Assembly (NCBI GenBank): GCA_965249555.1
Contig: OZ252243.1
Location: 1,056,001 to 1,120,000 of the forward strand
DNA from: Nitrosopumilus sp.
GTDB taxonomy: Archaea > Thermoproteota > Nitrososphaeria > Nitrososphaerales > Nitrosopumilaceae
Direction: 5' to 3'
DNA length: 64,000 bases
Shown: positions 30,704-39,966 of the stretch, piece by piece
Layout: each line of letters begins with the position of its first letter
How positions within the stretch are numbered: position 1 is the stretch's first letter
Position numbers and translations under genes: made by a program
Notes under the pieces: generated by a model
What the model was told of the DNA's origin: nothing
The model's database searches: none
Seen by the model: only the letters and a program-made list of their open reading frames with translations

Positions 30704-31036
30704 ATGAGATTAAGTATTGTTGTTCTAATTTCAGTGTTAGTTGTTGGAAGTACTGTTATTCTTCTTGGTTTTCTTACAAATCAAGAATATGTAGAGATCC
30801 CTGAAATCTCTAATCAATATGAAAATTTAGAGAAATACAAGAATGAATTAGAAAAAATAAATCAATACAATCAACAAATCCTACAAGATCTGGAAGAACA
30901 GATCAAAAACTCTACTGACATTCATTTAGACCCAATAAATGAAGAGATCGAAGTAATAAAACAAGTTGTTAATGAAAACAAAGAAGAACTTGAACAGATA
31001 ATCGAAAAATTGTCTCAAATGGAATCTAAACCCTAA
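30704..31036 (+). CDS. Membrane-anchored coiled-coil hypothetical protein
   Basis: N-terminal TM followed by E/Q/N-rich heptads. Confidence 0.65.
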   Translation: MRLSIVVLISVLVVGSTVILLGFLTNQEYVEIPEISNQYENLEKYKNELEKINQYNQQILQDLEEQIKNSTDIHLDPINEEIEVIKQVVNENKEELEQIIEKLSQMESKP

Positions 31037-31255
31037 TCTAATACTAGTTTCCAGTTCTGGGAAATTTACATCATGATTATATCATATCTTAAGGAGGTAA
31101 TATTGGGTATGGCAAAGGGCGTATTTCTCTTTCTAGTAGGAAGTATTGTAGGATTTATCACAACACCCCTTCTTTGAACATTTTTCTAAATTTGTATTAG
31201 TCACGCTATATTTTCTAGACCGTAAGATTATAAGCAATTACTAGATCTTGCGATC

Positions 31256-31630
31256 ATGTCAGAAAATGAGATTGAAGTGCCAAAAGAATTGCGAGAATTC
31301 ATGTTAGAGAACGCAGAAGAAACTTTCCTTGGACAAAAAAATGGCGCAAACAAACAATATCGTTATGGTAATTTACACATTAGAGAATATGATGATAAAT
31401 TTCTAGTTCATACAGACAAAGTTGATCCTAGAGAAAACCCACTTGGACATCTAATTCATGATGCACCTGAAGTTCTAATTGGTTTTGCATGTGCTGCACT
31501 AGGTGGCGCAAAGGCAATCTCAGCTGTGAAGCAAAAAAAATCTCCCGTTGCAGGAATTATAGGTTCTTTAGTTTTAGGTTATGCAGGATATCTAATTACA
31601 AAAAAGCTCAAAGCCTCAAAGGTGAAGTAA
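31256..31630 (+). CDS. Hypothetical membrane protein
   Basis: LHIREYDD...HTDKVDPRENPLGHL followed by two TM segments. Confidence 0.7.
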   Translation: MSENEIEVPKELREFMLENAEETFLGQKNGANKQYRYGNLHIREYDDKFLVHTDKVDPRENPLGHLIHDAPEVLIGFACAALGGAKAISAVKQKKSPVAGIIGSLVLGYAGYLITKKLKASKVK

Positions 31631-31634
31631 TATC

Positions 31635-33173
31635 TTAACTATCCACACAATACATGTTATCATCAAGCTTTTACCATCTCTTATAGCTCTGAGAAAACAC
31701 AGAAGAGAATGGGTACAAAAAGAAGGAAAAAATATTGACCAAGAAAAATTCCGCAAAAATGCAAGACGTGTTTTAAAAACCTGTATAGATCTAGGACCAG
31801 TTTACATCAAGCTAGGACAATGGCTTTCATCTCGTGCAGATATTTTACCGCAACCATACATGGAAGAGCTTGCAAAGCTGCAAGATAATGTTCCAGCAGT
31901 ACCATTTGATAAAGTCAAACCAACTATAGAAAAAGACATTGGAGATATCAATGAAAAATTTGATGAGCTTGAAACAAAAGAGCTATCTGGAGCTTCACTA
32001 GGTATAGTATATCGAGGTAAAATAAACGGAACTCAAGTCGTAGTCAAAGTAAAGCGTCCAGGAATTGAAAAGATGGTCAATGATGAAATACAAGTTCTAA
32101 AAAATATTTTGCCAATTGGAATGCGTTTTGTTGATCCCAATCTACGATTCTCAGTTGATGCAATGCTTGCACAATTTATCGAAACAATTCACGAAGAGAT
32201 GGATTATACAAAAGAATCCCAAAATCTAAAAACAATTTCAAGAAACGTCAAAGAATACAAAAACGTCATTGTACCCAAAGTGTATGATGATTATACCTCA
32301 AAAAATGTAATCACAATGGAGTATATTCCAGGTATCAAAATTACAGATATTAAAGCACTTGATGAACTAGGACTAGATAGGCAAAAACTAGTCATCGATG
32401 TACACAAAGTCTTTTTCACAATGCTACTCAGGCACGCAATATTTCATGCCGACCCACACCCAGGTAACATATCAGTTGGCAAAGATGGCCAGATAATCTT
32501 GTATGACTATGGAATGGTTGGTAGAATAGACAATGAAACAAGATTGCGATTAATTAGATTATACTTGGCACTAGTTGAAAAGGATCCATCTAGAACAGTG
32601 CAAGCAATGAGTGATCTTGGAATGCTAATGCCAGATTATAACAAAACAGTAATTGAGAAAGCAGTACAGATGACAGTGCAAGCAATGCATGGAAGAAAAC
32701 CAGAAGAGATGGAAGTCAAAGCGTTAATGGAGCTTGCAAATAAAACAATGAGCAAATTTCCATTTATGTTGCCCAAAAATCTTGCACTATACATGAGAAT
32801 GTCTTCAATTATAGAAGGAATCTATCACACACACAAAGTCAACTTCAAGTTTGTTAAGGTTCTAAAACAAATTCTAGAAGAAGAACACTTAATCAAAGAT
32901 GCATACATCGAAGAAATAAAACATTCTTTTACAAAGTTTGCAAAATCAATTGAAGATACCATCACAATAGCTCCTGAGATAAAACGATTCATGGATGAGA
33001 ATCGAATGTACATGCAAAGACCAAAGTCTAATGTTCTCTTGTCTAGTAGTATTTTGTCTTCTGCAATCTTTATTGGAAGTGCACTAGTTTATCCAACAAA
33101 CGAAACCGCTGGTATAGCTGGAATGATTGGTGCTCTAGCTGTTATGGCAATATTTGCAAAATTTAGAAAATAG
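31635..33173 (+). CDS. ABC1/AarF/UbiB-family atypical kinase (true start uncertain, about 31632-31641)
   Basis: LGPVYIKLGQWLSSRADILP lies upstream of ATG 31860; ASLG, VVVKVKRP, FHADPHPGN and DYGMVG follow. Confidence 0.88.
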   Translation, partial: LTIHTIHVIIKLLPSLIALRKHRREWVQKEGKNIDQEKFRKNARRVLKTCIDLGPVYIKLGQWLSSRADILPQPYMEELAKLQDNVPAVPFDKVKPTIEKDIGDINEKFDELETKELSGASLGIVYRGKINGTQVVVKVKRPGIEKMVNDEIQVLKNILPIGMRFVDPNLRFSVDAMLAQFIETIHEEMDYTKESQNLKTISRNVKEYKNVIVPKVYDDYTSKNVITMEYIPGIKITDIKALDELGLDRQKLVIDVHKVFFTMLLRHAIFHADPHPGNISVGKDGQIILYDYGMVGRIDNETRLRLIRLYLALVEKDPSRTVQAMSDLGMLMPDYNKTVIEKAVQMTVQAMHGRKPEEMEVKALMELANKTMSKFPFMLPKNLALYMRMSSIIEGIYHTHKVNFKFVKVLKQILEEEHLIKDAYIEEIKHSFTKFAKSIEDTITIAPEIKRFMDENRMYMQRPKSNVLLSSSILSSAIFIGSALVYPTNETAGIAGMIGALAVMAIFAKFRK

Positions 33174-33175
33174 AA

Positions 33176-33550
33176 TTATTGAATTGGAATATTTTTTTCA
33201 GCATTCTTAATTGGAATAGTAATTGTTAGAACACCTTCTGCATATTTGGCAGAATTAACTTGTTCTTCACCTTCTTTGATTCTCATTGGAAGTTTAATTT
33301 TTTTATCAATAATATCTGGTCGTTGCTTCCAGATTATAGTACCAGTAACCTTCTCATCTTTTTTTGCATTAATTGAAAGAACATTTCCATGAATTGATAA
33401 ATTGATATCTTTTTTTACAAATCCTGGAATGTCAATTTTAATTATTAGATTATCCTTTTCTTCAAACATGTCAACTGGTGGCAATACAAATTCATAGAAT
33501 TCTCTTGATTTGTTTCCAATCTCTTTGATTACTTCTTTAACAAGTCCCAT
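33176..33550 (-). CDS. Small heat-shock protein (Hsp20/alpha-crystallin)
   Basis: PPVDMFE, DIPG, AKYAEGVLTITIP and the C-terminal IPI motif. Confidence 0.92.
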   Translation of the reverse strand: MGLVKEVIKEIGNKSREFYEFVLPPVDMFEEKDNLIIKIDIPGFVKKDINLSIHGNVLSINAKKDEKVTGTIIWKQRPDIIDKKIKLPMRIKEGEEQVNSAKYAEGVLTITIPIKNAEKNIPIQ

Positions 33551-33593
33551 TTTGTGTTATGTGGTCAATTTTTGGTTATAAACCTTATAGATT

Positions 33594-35035
33594 GTATGAA
33601 TCAAGCACTTAGATGTATTTTGCCATCTCAGAAAACATGTTCAATTCCCTTATTCTCCATGTCTCAAAGCATGTGAGAAAGACTGAGATCATCCTCATGC
33701 CCTGATCACTCTTCATCTGCCCGCGAACATTCCTCTGCATCACGCACTTTCGAATGGAATTCTCTGCATCATTGTTAGTTGACGGGACATCGCCATCCAT
33801 GACAAACGTAAACATGCTGTTCCTTGCAGTCTTTAGCTTCTTGCCAAACTGAACCATCTCCATATCACCTTTCAAATATCGTGCAATGATACGGTCTAGC
33901 TGTTTTAGTAAATCATCCCTGTACGTTTCCCGCCGTTTTGTATGACGATTACCTACACTCCAAACCCTGGCATGACCTAGCATATCTGAGAGTTTCTCGT
34001 ATAGAATCCTTGCCTTTTTGTCCTGTGATTTTATTGCCAGATATTTGGCATCGCGCTGCAGGTGTGCAGTGCATCTCTGCTTTGTGTTATCACAAAATAC
34101 TGTCCTGTACGGAGCATATCCGTCAGACACTAGGGTTCCTTTGAATTTCTTCCAGTACTTTTTTAGAACATTGGCACCTCTGCTGTACTCCAAGGCATAC
34201 TGTGCACTAGTCTTGCTTCTTGCAACCCACATCCATCCAGTATTTCCATCAATTGAAAATCCTGTCTCATCGATTCCGAGAATATTTTCAGTCACGATTT
34301 CGCTGTGGATTGTATTGTAAAATGACTCTAACATCACACTACCGTTGCGAAGAATGGATTGTACGGTTGTATTGCTGATTTCTAATCCATATCTTTCATA
34401 GAGTGTGGTTCTGATAGCATCGTATGTCAATCTCTTTGAGAACAGTGAGACGACCTCACGTATCACTGAACCATCAAAACATCCATGTAGTGGAAGGTTT
34501 CCCGTGGTTTGAAAATTATCAGAACAGTCCATGCAGATGTATTGATTCAAAACATGCTCAGTTATACCGTAGGGTGTTGGTGGAGGAATCTCAACCATTA
34601 TCCTTTTGCAGGTTTTGGTTTGATGAATATTTTCACTACCGCATTTGGGACATGCATCTGATCTGTGGTGTTTGGTGCTAGTTGGTCTGAATTTCTGTGT
34701 CTTGCCAACGTGTCCTGCTATTCCACCACGTCTTGATTTGCCTGGCTGTCTGTGTTGTCTTTTTTGCTTTCTCCATTCAAGGGAATTCTTTGATGGCGGA
34801 GAGTGTGCATTCTCATAATATGACAGCTTTTTTTGCAGTTCCTTGTTTGATTCTATGAGATTTTCTATGATTAGCGGTAGTTGTTTTAACTTTTCTTGCA
34901 GTTGTTTTATCTCTGCTTGTAGCTGTATGATGATTTTCTCATGACCACAACCTGACATGTTTTGTATGATGATTTAGTTGATCTTAGATCTTTTTGTGTA
35001 ATGATATTGATTTGTGCGTGAAGGTTGATACATAC
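33594..35035 (-). mobile_element. IS66-family insertion sequence (single-ORF, ISBst12-like), 1442 bp
   Basis: Ends GTATGAATCAA and TTGATACATAC form an 11-bp imperfect TIR; flanked by the 8-bp direct repeat TATAGATT at 33586-33593 and 35036-35043; visibly more GC-rich than the flanks. Confidence 0.93.
33609..34958 (-). CDS. IS66-family DDE transposase
   Basis: Leucine zipper, NAHSPPS, CPKCG...CMDC zinc finger, GIDETG, VSDGY, QRCTAHLQR and TNNDAENSIR. Confidence 0.95.
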   Translation of the reverse strand: MSGCGHEKIIIQLQAEIKQLQEKLKQLPLIIENLIESNKELQKKLSYYENAHSPPSKNSLEWRKQKRQHRQPGKSRRGGIAGHVGKTQKFRPTSTKHHRSDACPKCGSENIHQTKTCKRIMVEIPPPTPYGITEHVLNQYICMDCSDNFQTTGNLPLHGCFDGSVIREVVSLFSKRLTYDAIRTTLYERYGLEISNTTVQSILRNGSVMLESFYNTIHSEIVTENILGIDETGFSIDGNTGWMWVARSKTSAQYALEYSRGANVLKKYWKKFKGTLVSDGYAPYRTVFCDNTKQRCTAHLQRDAKYLAIKSQDKKARILYEKLSDMLGHARVWSVGNRHTKRRETYRDDLLKQLDRIIARYLKGDMEMVQFGKKLKTARNSMFTFVMDGDVPSTNNDAENSIRKCVMQRNVRGQMKSDQGMRMISVFLTCFETWRIRELNMFSEMAKYI

Positions 35036-35093
35036 TATAGATTTCAGCTAAAATTCTATAATGAGACTATTCTTAGTAAAATAAAAAACAAGT

Positions 35094-35219
35094 TTAGAAT
35101 TTTCGTGAATCGCCCTCTAAAAGACCTGAACCATGATGAATTCTATCAATATGTCTTGAAAGATCCTCTTTATTCTCAAAAACTGATTCACAGTAAGGAC
35201 ATGAAATTTCATCAGCCAT
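35094..35219 (-). CDS. Small C2H2 zinc-finger protein (41 aa), not in ORF track
   Basis: MADEISCPYCESVFENKEDLSRHIDRIHHGSGLLEGDSRKF* fits C-x2-C-x3-F-x5-L-x2-H-x4-H; TTTAATA about 25 nt upstream. Confidence 0.85.
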   Translation of the reverse strand: MADEISCPYCESVFENKEDLSRHIDRIHHGSGLLEGDSRKF

Positions 35220-35312
35220 AATGTTATACTGACAGAGTTGGTATTAAATAATTTGCCAATAATCAAACATGATAGATTTTTTAATCAATTAATTTCTCTG
35301 TTTTGGTAACTT

Positions 35313-35894
35313 ATGATAATTGTAATTGAAGGTGGAGATCAAGCAGGCAAGTTAACACAATCAACTCTATTAGAAAAAGCGATCAAAAAAAGAAAGATCA
35401 AAACAAAAGTATTTCATTTCCCTGACTACAAAACTCCAATAGGAAAAGAAATCAGAAAATATTTGGATGGAAAAAGAAAATTTCCTCCTCAAGTAATTCA
35501 TTGTCTTTTAGCTGCAAATAGATGGGAAAAACTACATGAAATTTTAACAGCTCAAGAAAAAAATTCAGTTCTAATTATGAATCGTTATTATCATTCTAAT
35601 TTGATTTATGGTCTAGCAAATGGTATGAAGCAAAAATGGCTTGAGAATCTTGATGCTGGCCTTCCAAAAGCTGATCTTATAATTTTACTTGATATTACCC
35701 AAAAAGAATCATTCCATAGACAGAAAACCCATAGAGACAAATTCGAAAAAAATGAAGAATTTTTACGAAAAATATCTAAAATCTATAGGACAACTGCCAA
35801 GAAAAAACATTGGAAGATAATTGATGCATCAAAATCTAAACAAGAAATACATGAAGAAATTTTGAAAACATTCTCAAAGAAAATAAGATTATGA
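35313..35894 (+). CDS. tmk: Thymidylate kinase
   Basis: IEGGDQAGKLTQ P-loop, FPDY, NRWE, NRY and PKADLIILLD. Confidence 0.93.
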   Translation: MIIVIEGGDQAGKLTQSTLLEKAIKKRKIKTKVFHFPDYKTPIGKEIRKYLDGKRKFPPQVIHCLLAANRWEKLHEILTAQEKNSVLIMNRYYHSNLIYGLANGMKQKWLENLDAGLPKADLIILLDITQKESFHRQKTHRDKFEKNEEFLRKISKIYRTTAKKKHWKIIDASKSKQEIHEEILKTFSKKIRL

Positions 35895-37126
35895 AAAAAA
35901 ATCATCTAGACATAATTGATCCAATTCATGATTTCATTCGAGTCTATGAACATGAGTTATCCATAATTGATGATCCACTTTTTCAGAGATTAAGACTAAT
36001 TAGACAGCTTTCTGGTGCTCATTTGACATATCCTGCAGCTCAACATACAAGATTTGAACATTCATTGGGAGTCATGCACATTACTAGTCAAGCAGGTTAT
36101 GCATTAAATGAAAAAGGAATTCTCAAATCAGATGACATTAAAATTCTTAGATTAGCTGGTCTCTTACATGATATAGGACATGGACCCTTTTCTCATCTTT
36201 TTGAGGAAATAATTCAGGAAAAAAAAATTTCACATGAAAACTTTGGTAAAGAAATTATTCTAAAATCTGAGATTGGTGATAATTTATCAAAAAATGGTTT
36301 TGACAAAAAACTAATTACAAAAATTGCTTTTGGGGATTCCAAATTTCAATACATGAATGAAATAGTTTCAGGTACACTTAGTGCAGATATGATGGACTAT
36401 TTACTTAGAGATGGTTATTTTACAGGAGCAGAACACGCAAAAATTGATCACAAAAGAATCACTCAATCACTTGACGTACATCAGAAAAAACTAGCCTTGG
36501 GACGTTCAGCATTGTATTCCTTTGAATCAATGATGTATTCTAGATATCAAATGTTCAAGGCAGTCTATTTCCACAAAACAGTGAGAGCAGCAGAAGTTAT
36601 GCTGATTGAAGCATTAAGATTGTCTGATGACGAATTTGGTTTTTCCAGTTTTAATCTAAATGAATATGTTAAACTCACAGATGAATACGTTTTATCAACT
36701 CTAATGTCATCAAAATCTTCAAAATTAAAACGCGCACGGCAATTTGCACAAGATTATCAAAATAGGAAATTACTAAAATGTGTATTTGAGAGAATTCTAA
36801 CTAGTAAAACTAACTTGAAAAAAACACGAACTAATGAACTAAGAACTGCTATTTCTAAAAAATCCAAAGTTGATGAGAATAAAATTTTTGTAGATAGTTC
36901 TGCTACTCCATCAATTCCTCTTACACCCTCAAAAAACGAATCAAAATCTATAATTTTGATAACAAATAAGAATGGAAGATCCTCTGCAAAGGAGATGCCA
37001 ATTTCAGATATTCCTGTGGTTTCAGCAATTTCTGGATTCATGAATATTCTTAGAATTTATACCTATCAAAAGAATAGAAAAAAAGTTGAAATTGCTGCAA
37101 AATCAATCCTTAGTGATCTAAAATGA
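35891..37126 (+). CDS. HD-domain phosphohydrolase, SAMHD1/dNTP triphosphohydrolase-like (COG1078)
   Basis: [43 protein letters not shown] and VYFHKTVR. Confidence 0.9.
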   Translation: MKKNHLDIIDPIHDFIRVYEHELSIIDDPLFQRLRLIRQLSGAHLTYPAAQHTRFEHSLGVMHITSQAGYALNEKGILKSDDIKILRLAGLLHDIGHGPFSHLFEEIIQEKKISHENFGKEIILKSEIGDNLSKNGFDKKLITKIAFGDSKFQYMNEIVSGTLSADMMDYLLRDGYFTGAEHAKIDHKRITQSLDVHQKKLALGRSALYSFESMMYSRYQMFKAVYFHKTVRAAEVMLIEALRLSDDEFGFSSFNLNEYVKLTDEYVLSTLMSSKSSKLKRARQFAQDYQNRKLLKCVFERILTSKTNLKKTRTNELRTAISKKSKVDENKIFVDSSATPSIPLTPSKNESKSIILITNKNGRSSAKEMPISDIPVVSAISGFMNILRIYTYQKNRKKVEIAAKSILSDLK

Positions 37127-37806
37127 AAAAAAGAATTGTTATCAAATTATCCGGAAAAGTTTTCGGTACAGATAATGTCAAAGCGCTAAAAGACTATGCT
37201 CAATTCCTAGTAAAAATTAGTAAAATTTGTCAACCAGTTGTTGTTGCTGGTGGTGGAAGTATTGCACGACATTATATTTCCCATGCAAGATCTTCTGGTG
37301 CAGATGAATCTACTCTTGACGAACTTGGAATTGAAATCTCGAAACTCAATGCAAAACTATTGATTTATGCTCTGAAGAACAAGGTCTATTCACATCCTCC
37401 AACAACTTTACAGGAAGTAAGGCATGCCGTAGATGATGGATTAATAGTTGTCACAGGTGGTTTACATCCTGGTCAAAGTACTAATGGGACTGCTGCATTG
37501 ATTGCTGAAAAAATACATGCTGAACAATTCCTTAACGCTACTGATGTTGATGGAGTTTATGACAGAGATCCAAACAAATTCAAAAAAGCAAAAAAATTCA
37601 AACGGATTGAAATAAAAAATTTGAAAAATATGTTAGTTCATGAAGATTCTATTGCAGGAGGCTATGACTTGATGGACATTGTTGCTCTAAAAATCATTGA
37701 GCGATCTAAAATCAAAACAAGAATCATAAAGGCTGATCCAAAAATTATTGAAAAGGCCATAAAGGGTGGCAATGTAGGCACCGAAATTATTCTTTCTTCA
37801 AAATAA
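37123..37806 (+). CDS. pyrH: UMP kinase
   Basis: VIKLSG, GGGSIAR, PGQST and [11 protein letters not shown]. Confidence 0.95.
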   Translation: MKKRIVIKLSGKVFGTDNVKALKDYAQFLVKISKICQPVVVAGGGSIARHYISHARSSGADESTLDELGIEISKLNAKLLIYALKNKVYSHPPTTLQEVRHAVDDGLIVVTGGLHPGQSTNGTAALIAEKIHAEQFLNATDVDGVYDRDPNKFKKAKKFKRIEIKNLKNMLVHEDSIAGGYDLMDIVALKIIERSKIKTRIIKADPKIIEKAIKGGNVGTEIILSSK

Positions 37807-38163
37807 TTACTCAGAAATCTCGTTTTGAATTGTTGGTCTTGTTTCAGACCAGATCTGAATATCCTTTTTTGGATACTCAAGAATTCCTGATTCTCGAAGT
37901 TTTTTGAAAATTGATATGGCTTTTTCTTTTTCCACTGCCTTTGATTGAGCCTTTGTAAAACCATCTTTATCTACAATAATTACTATATCCCCATCTGGGG
38001 AATTAATTATAGCAGTAAATTCCTCCTCTCCAACTGGTTGAAAATCCCCATCAATTTTTTTGGTTGTCAAAGTTAACATTCCAAATCCGGCTGCATCAAA
38101 CATCTTCATTTGTGATTTACTTGCTCTTTGTTTTCCTTGTTGTACTGCTTGAAAATATTGCAT
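37807..38163 (-). CDS. Hypothetical protein
   Basis: Open frame with a plausible ATG at 38163 (MQYFQAVQQG...). Confidence 0.65.
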   Translation of the reverse strand: MQYFQAVQQGKQRASKSQMKMFDAAGFGMLTLTTKKIDGDFQPVGEEEFTAIINSPDGDIVIIVDKDGFTKAQSKAVEKEKAISIFKKLRESGILEYPKKDIQIWSETRPTIQNEISE

Positions 38164-38233
38164 ATTTTTTTCCTGCCTCCAATGGTATAATAACTGTCTT
38201 AACATTTAAGATATCTAGAGAAAAGCAAAAATT

Positions 38234-38791
38234 ATGAATCGTAAAATCTTTCTTGGCGTTGCAGTTGCAGTACTTATTGCCATATTAGGAGGAATTCTTT
38301 GGGTTGGACCTACAATGGTTATAGCACCTCAAGGTGAAACTACTGCAGAATCTGAAAATGTTATACTGGTTAATCCTCTTGAAATTGAACTAGATGATAT
38401 TTCTGTTACCCAAATTTCAGAACGAACAGCTACAATTAAGATTGCATTCAAAATAATTAATCCTAATCCTGGTGCTGTGATTGTTCAAACTATGGATTAT
38501 CAATTATTTGAAACAGGTTATTCTGAATCTGAACAAATCTCAGGTGGTGAAATAGGAAGTAGACCTACAGGAATGGTTGAATTTGGTTCAAACTATTATG
38601 TTCTTCTTGGTGATAACTCTATCATACTAAAAGACACTATCAATTTGAGAAATTCTGGAAATACTCCTGAGCTGTGGACTAGTCTTAAAGATAATACGGC
38701 AAGTTGGCATGTTACTGGTGATGTCTTTTACAATCTAAGTTCTATGACAAGTGGCCAAGAAAATGAACTTCACTTTGATTTTACAAAATAG
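38234..38791 (+). CDS. Membrane-anchored LEA_2/WHy-like domain protein
   Basis: N-terminal TM; FKIINPNP (NPN motif) and MDYQLF. Confidence 0.65.
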   Translation: MNRKIFLGVAVAVLIAILGGILWVGPTMVIAPQGETTAESENVILVNPLEIELDDISVTQISERTATIKIAFKIINPNPGAVIVQTMDYQLFETGYSESEQISGGEIGSRPTGMVEFGSNYYVLLGDNSIILKDTINLRNSGNTPELWTSLKDNTASWHVTGDVFYNLSSMTSGQENELHFDFTK

Positions 38792-38857
38792 ACCTAATAG
38801 TATCATAAAATTTTAAAATTATGATAGTTTGTTTTTAGCAAAAAAATATTGGCAAAG

Positions 38858-38865
38858 TTATAAAA
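38858..38865 (+). promoter_or_regulatory. TATA box (TTATAAAA) with purine-rich BRE for the 38890 micro-ORF
   Basis: Lies about 25 nt upstream of ATG 38890, consistent with a leaderless archaeal transcript. Confidence 0.6.
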
Positions 38866-38889
38866 GCACGTTAAGTCAGATTTTATCAA

Positions 38890-39000
38890 ATGGCAGAAGC
38901 AGGTATAGCCGCATTTGGCGCAGCAGCAGGAGTCGCAATTGCACTAGCAGTAGTGTGTTTCGCTCTTCGTGGTAAAGGACATCCAGAACCACTAGACTAA
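38890..39000 (+). CDS. 36-aa single-TM micro-protein, not in ORF track
   Basis: MAEAGIAAFGAAAGVAIALAVVCFALRGKGHPEPLD*; has its own TATA box and terminator. Confidence 0.75.
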   Translation: MAEAGIAAFGAAAGVAIALAVVCFALRGKGHPEPLD

Positions 39001-39003
39001 ACA

Positions 39004-39038
39004 AAGGAAAAAATCCTTTTTTTCATATTTTTCATTTA
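39004..39038 (+). terminator. Hairpin plus oligo-T terminator
   Basis: AAGGA-AAAAA-TCCTT followed by T-runs. Confidence 0.5.
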
Positions 39039-39039
39039 T

Positions 39040-39690
39040 CTAATCTGAATCTTTACCAGCACCCAATATTCCTAAAAGGGACACTTGTTTAGTATTCTTC
39101 TTTTTCATAAAACATCTTTCATAATATTGACAACTAGAACAATCAGATGATGGTTCTAAGATAGGTGTTTTTTGTTCTTTAAGAAGATCATGTAAAACTC
39201 TAACTCTTCTGATTACTTCTTCAAACATCTTTTTGTTGCGTGTTAATGAAAAAGTTGTTTCTTTTCTATCTCCTGTAATGTATATAATCACCCCGTCGAC
39301 TTTGTCATATATCCACATACATGCATTAAGATATAGAACGTCATTTGAAATTGGGTTTTCTAACTCACCTGTTGCCGATCTGAATAAAAGAATAGAATCA
39401 TCTACTAACATATCGACCTGTCCCTTTAGTTTGATATCGTCTATTGCAAATTCTTTTGCCTCACTTCCATACTCTAATTTTCTTAATAATCCTGAGAGAA
39501 GTTCATTGAATCCTCTCCTTTCAATTTCACTGGGTTCAATTCTGTCATAATATGAGCGTCTTAGACATTGGGTTACTTCTTGAAGATGAATAGTTTGAAT
39601 ATCTTTAGGATCTATCTCAATTTCTAATTCTTTTCCTATAGAACCTATTGCACTTTGAATAATATTTTGAAAACTTCTATCACCCATCAT
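39040..39690 (-). CDS. Solo Cas4-like protein (no CRISPR context), nuclease motif degenerate
   Basis: CLRRSYY plus C-terminal P-x3-C-x2-C-x5-C Fe-S pattern; KGQVD present but no E-x-K. Confidence 0.8.
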   Translation of the reverse strand: MMGDRSFQNIIQSAIGSIGKELEIEIDPKDIQTIHLQEVTQCLRRSYYDRIEPSEIERRGFNELLSGLLRKLEYGSEAKEFAIDDIKLKGQVDMLVDDSILLFRSATGELENPISNDVLYLNACMWIYDKVDGVIIYITGDRKETTFSLTRNKKMFEEVIRRVRVLHDLLKEQKTPILEPSSDCSSCQYYERCFMKKKNTKQVSLLGILGAGKDSD

Positions 39691-39722
39691 AGTATATTAT
39701 CTTGAAATTAGATCAATATAGG

Positions 39723-39953
39723 TTAATTCATAATTTTGTCTAGATATTTTGAAATTCTACCTGAAAATGCAAGTGTAATAATATGAACTCCAAATCCTAA
39801 TACTGCTCCTATAATCAAATTTCCTGTTCCGTAGTAGATCCCCAAAAATATCCCTAGTGATGGTAGAGCAAAAATCAATGCCATAGAGATACTTACCCAA
39901 TTTGTGAGAATATCAATTGGTGTTTCATTTTTTTTCGTTGGAAATTTACTCAT
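39723..39953 (-). CDS. Small two-TM membrane protein
   Basis: Hydrophobic hairpin; directly downstream of atpC on the same strand. Confidence 0.7.
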   Translation of the reverse strand: MSKFPTKKNETPIDILTNWVSISMALIFALPSLGIFLGIYYGTGNLIIGAVLGFGVHIITLAFSGRISKYLDKIMN

Positions 39954-39966
39954 ATTCCATACCAGT

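Noticed and set aside
34994-35221. 75-aa + strand ORF from the track
   Set aside because: It crosses the IS boundary and is antisense to a convincing C2H2 zinc-finger gene.
39040-39690. CRISPR-Cas locus
   Set aside because: No cas1/cas2 or effector genes, and no repeat-spacer array was seen anywhere in the window.
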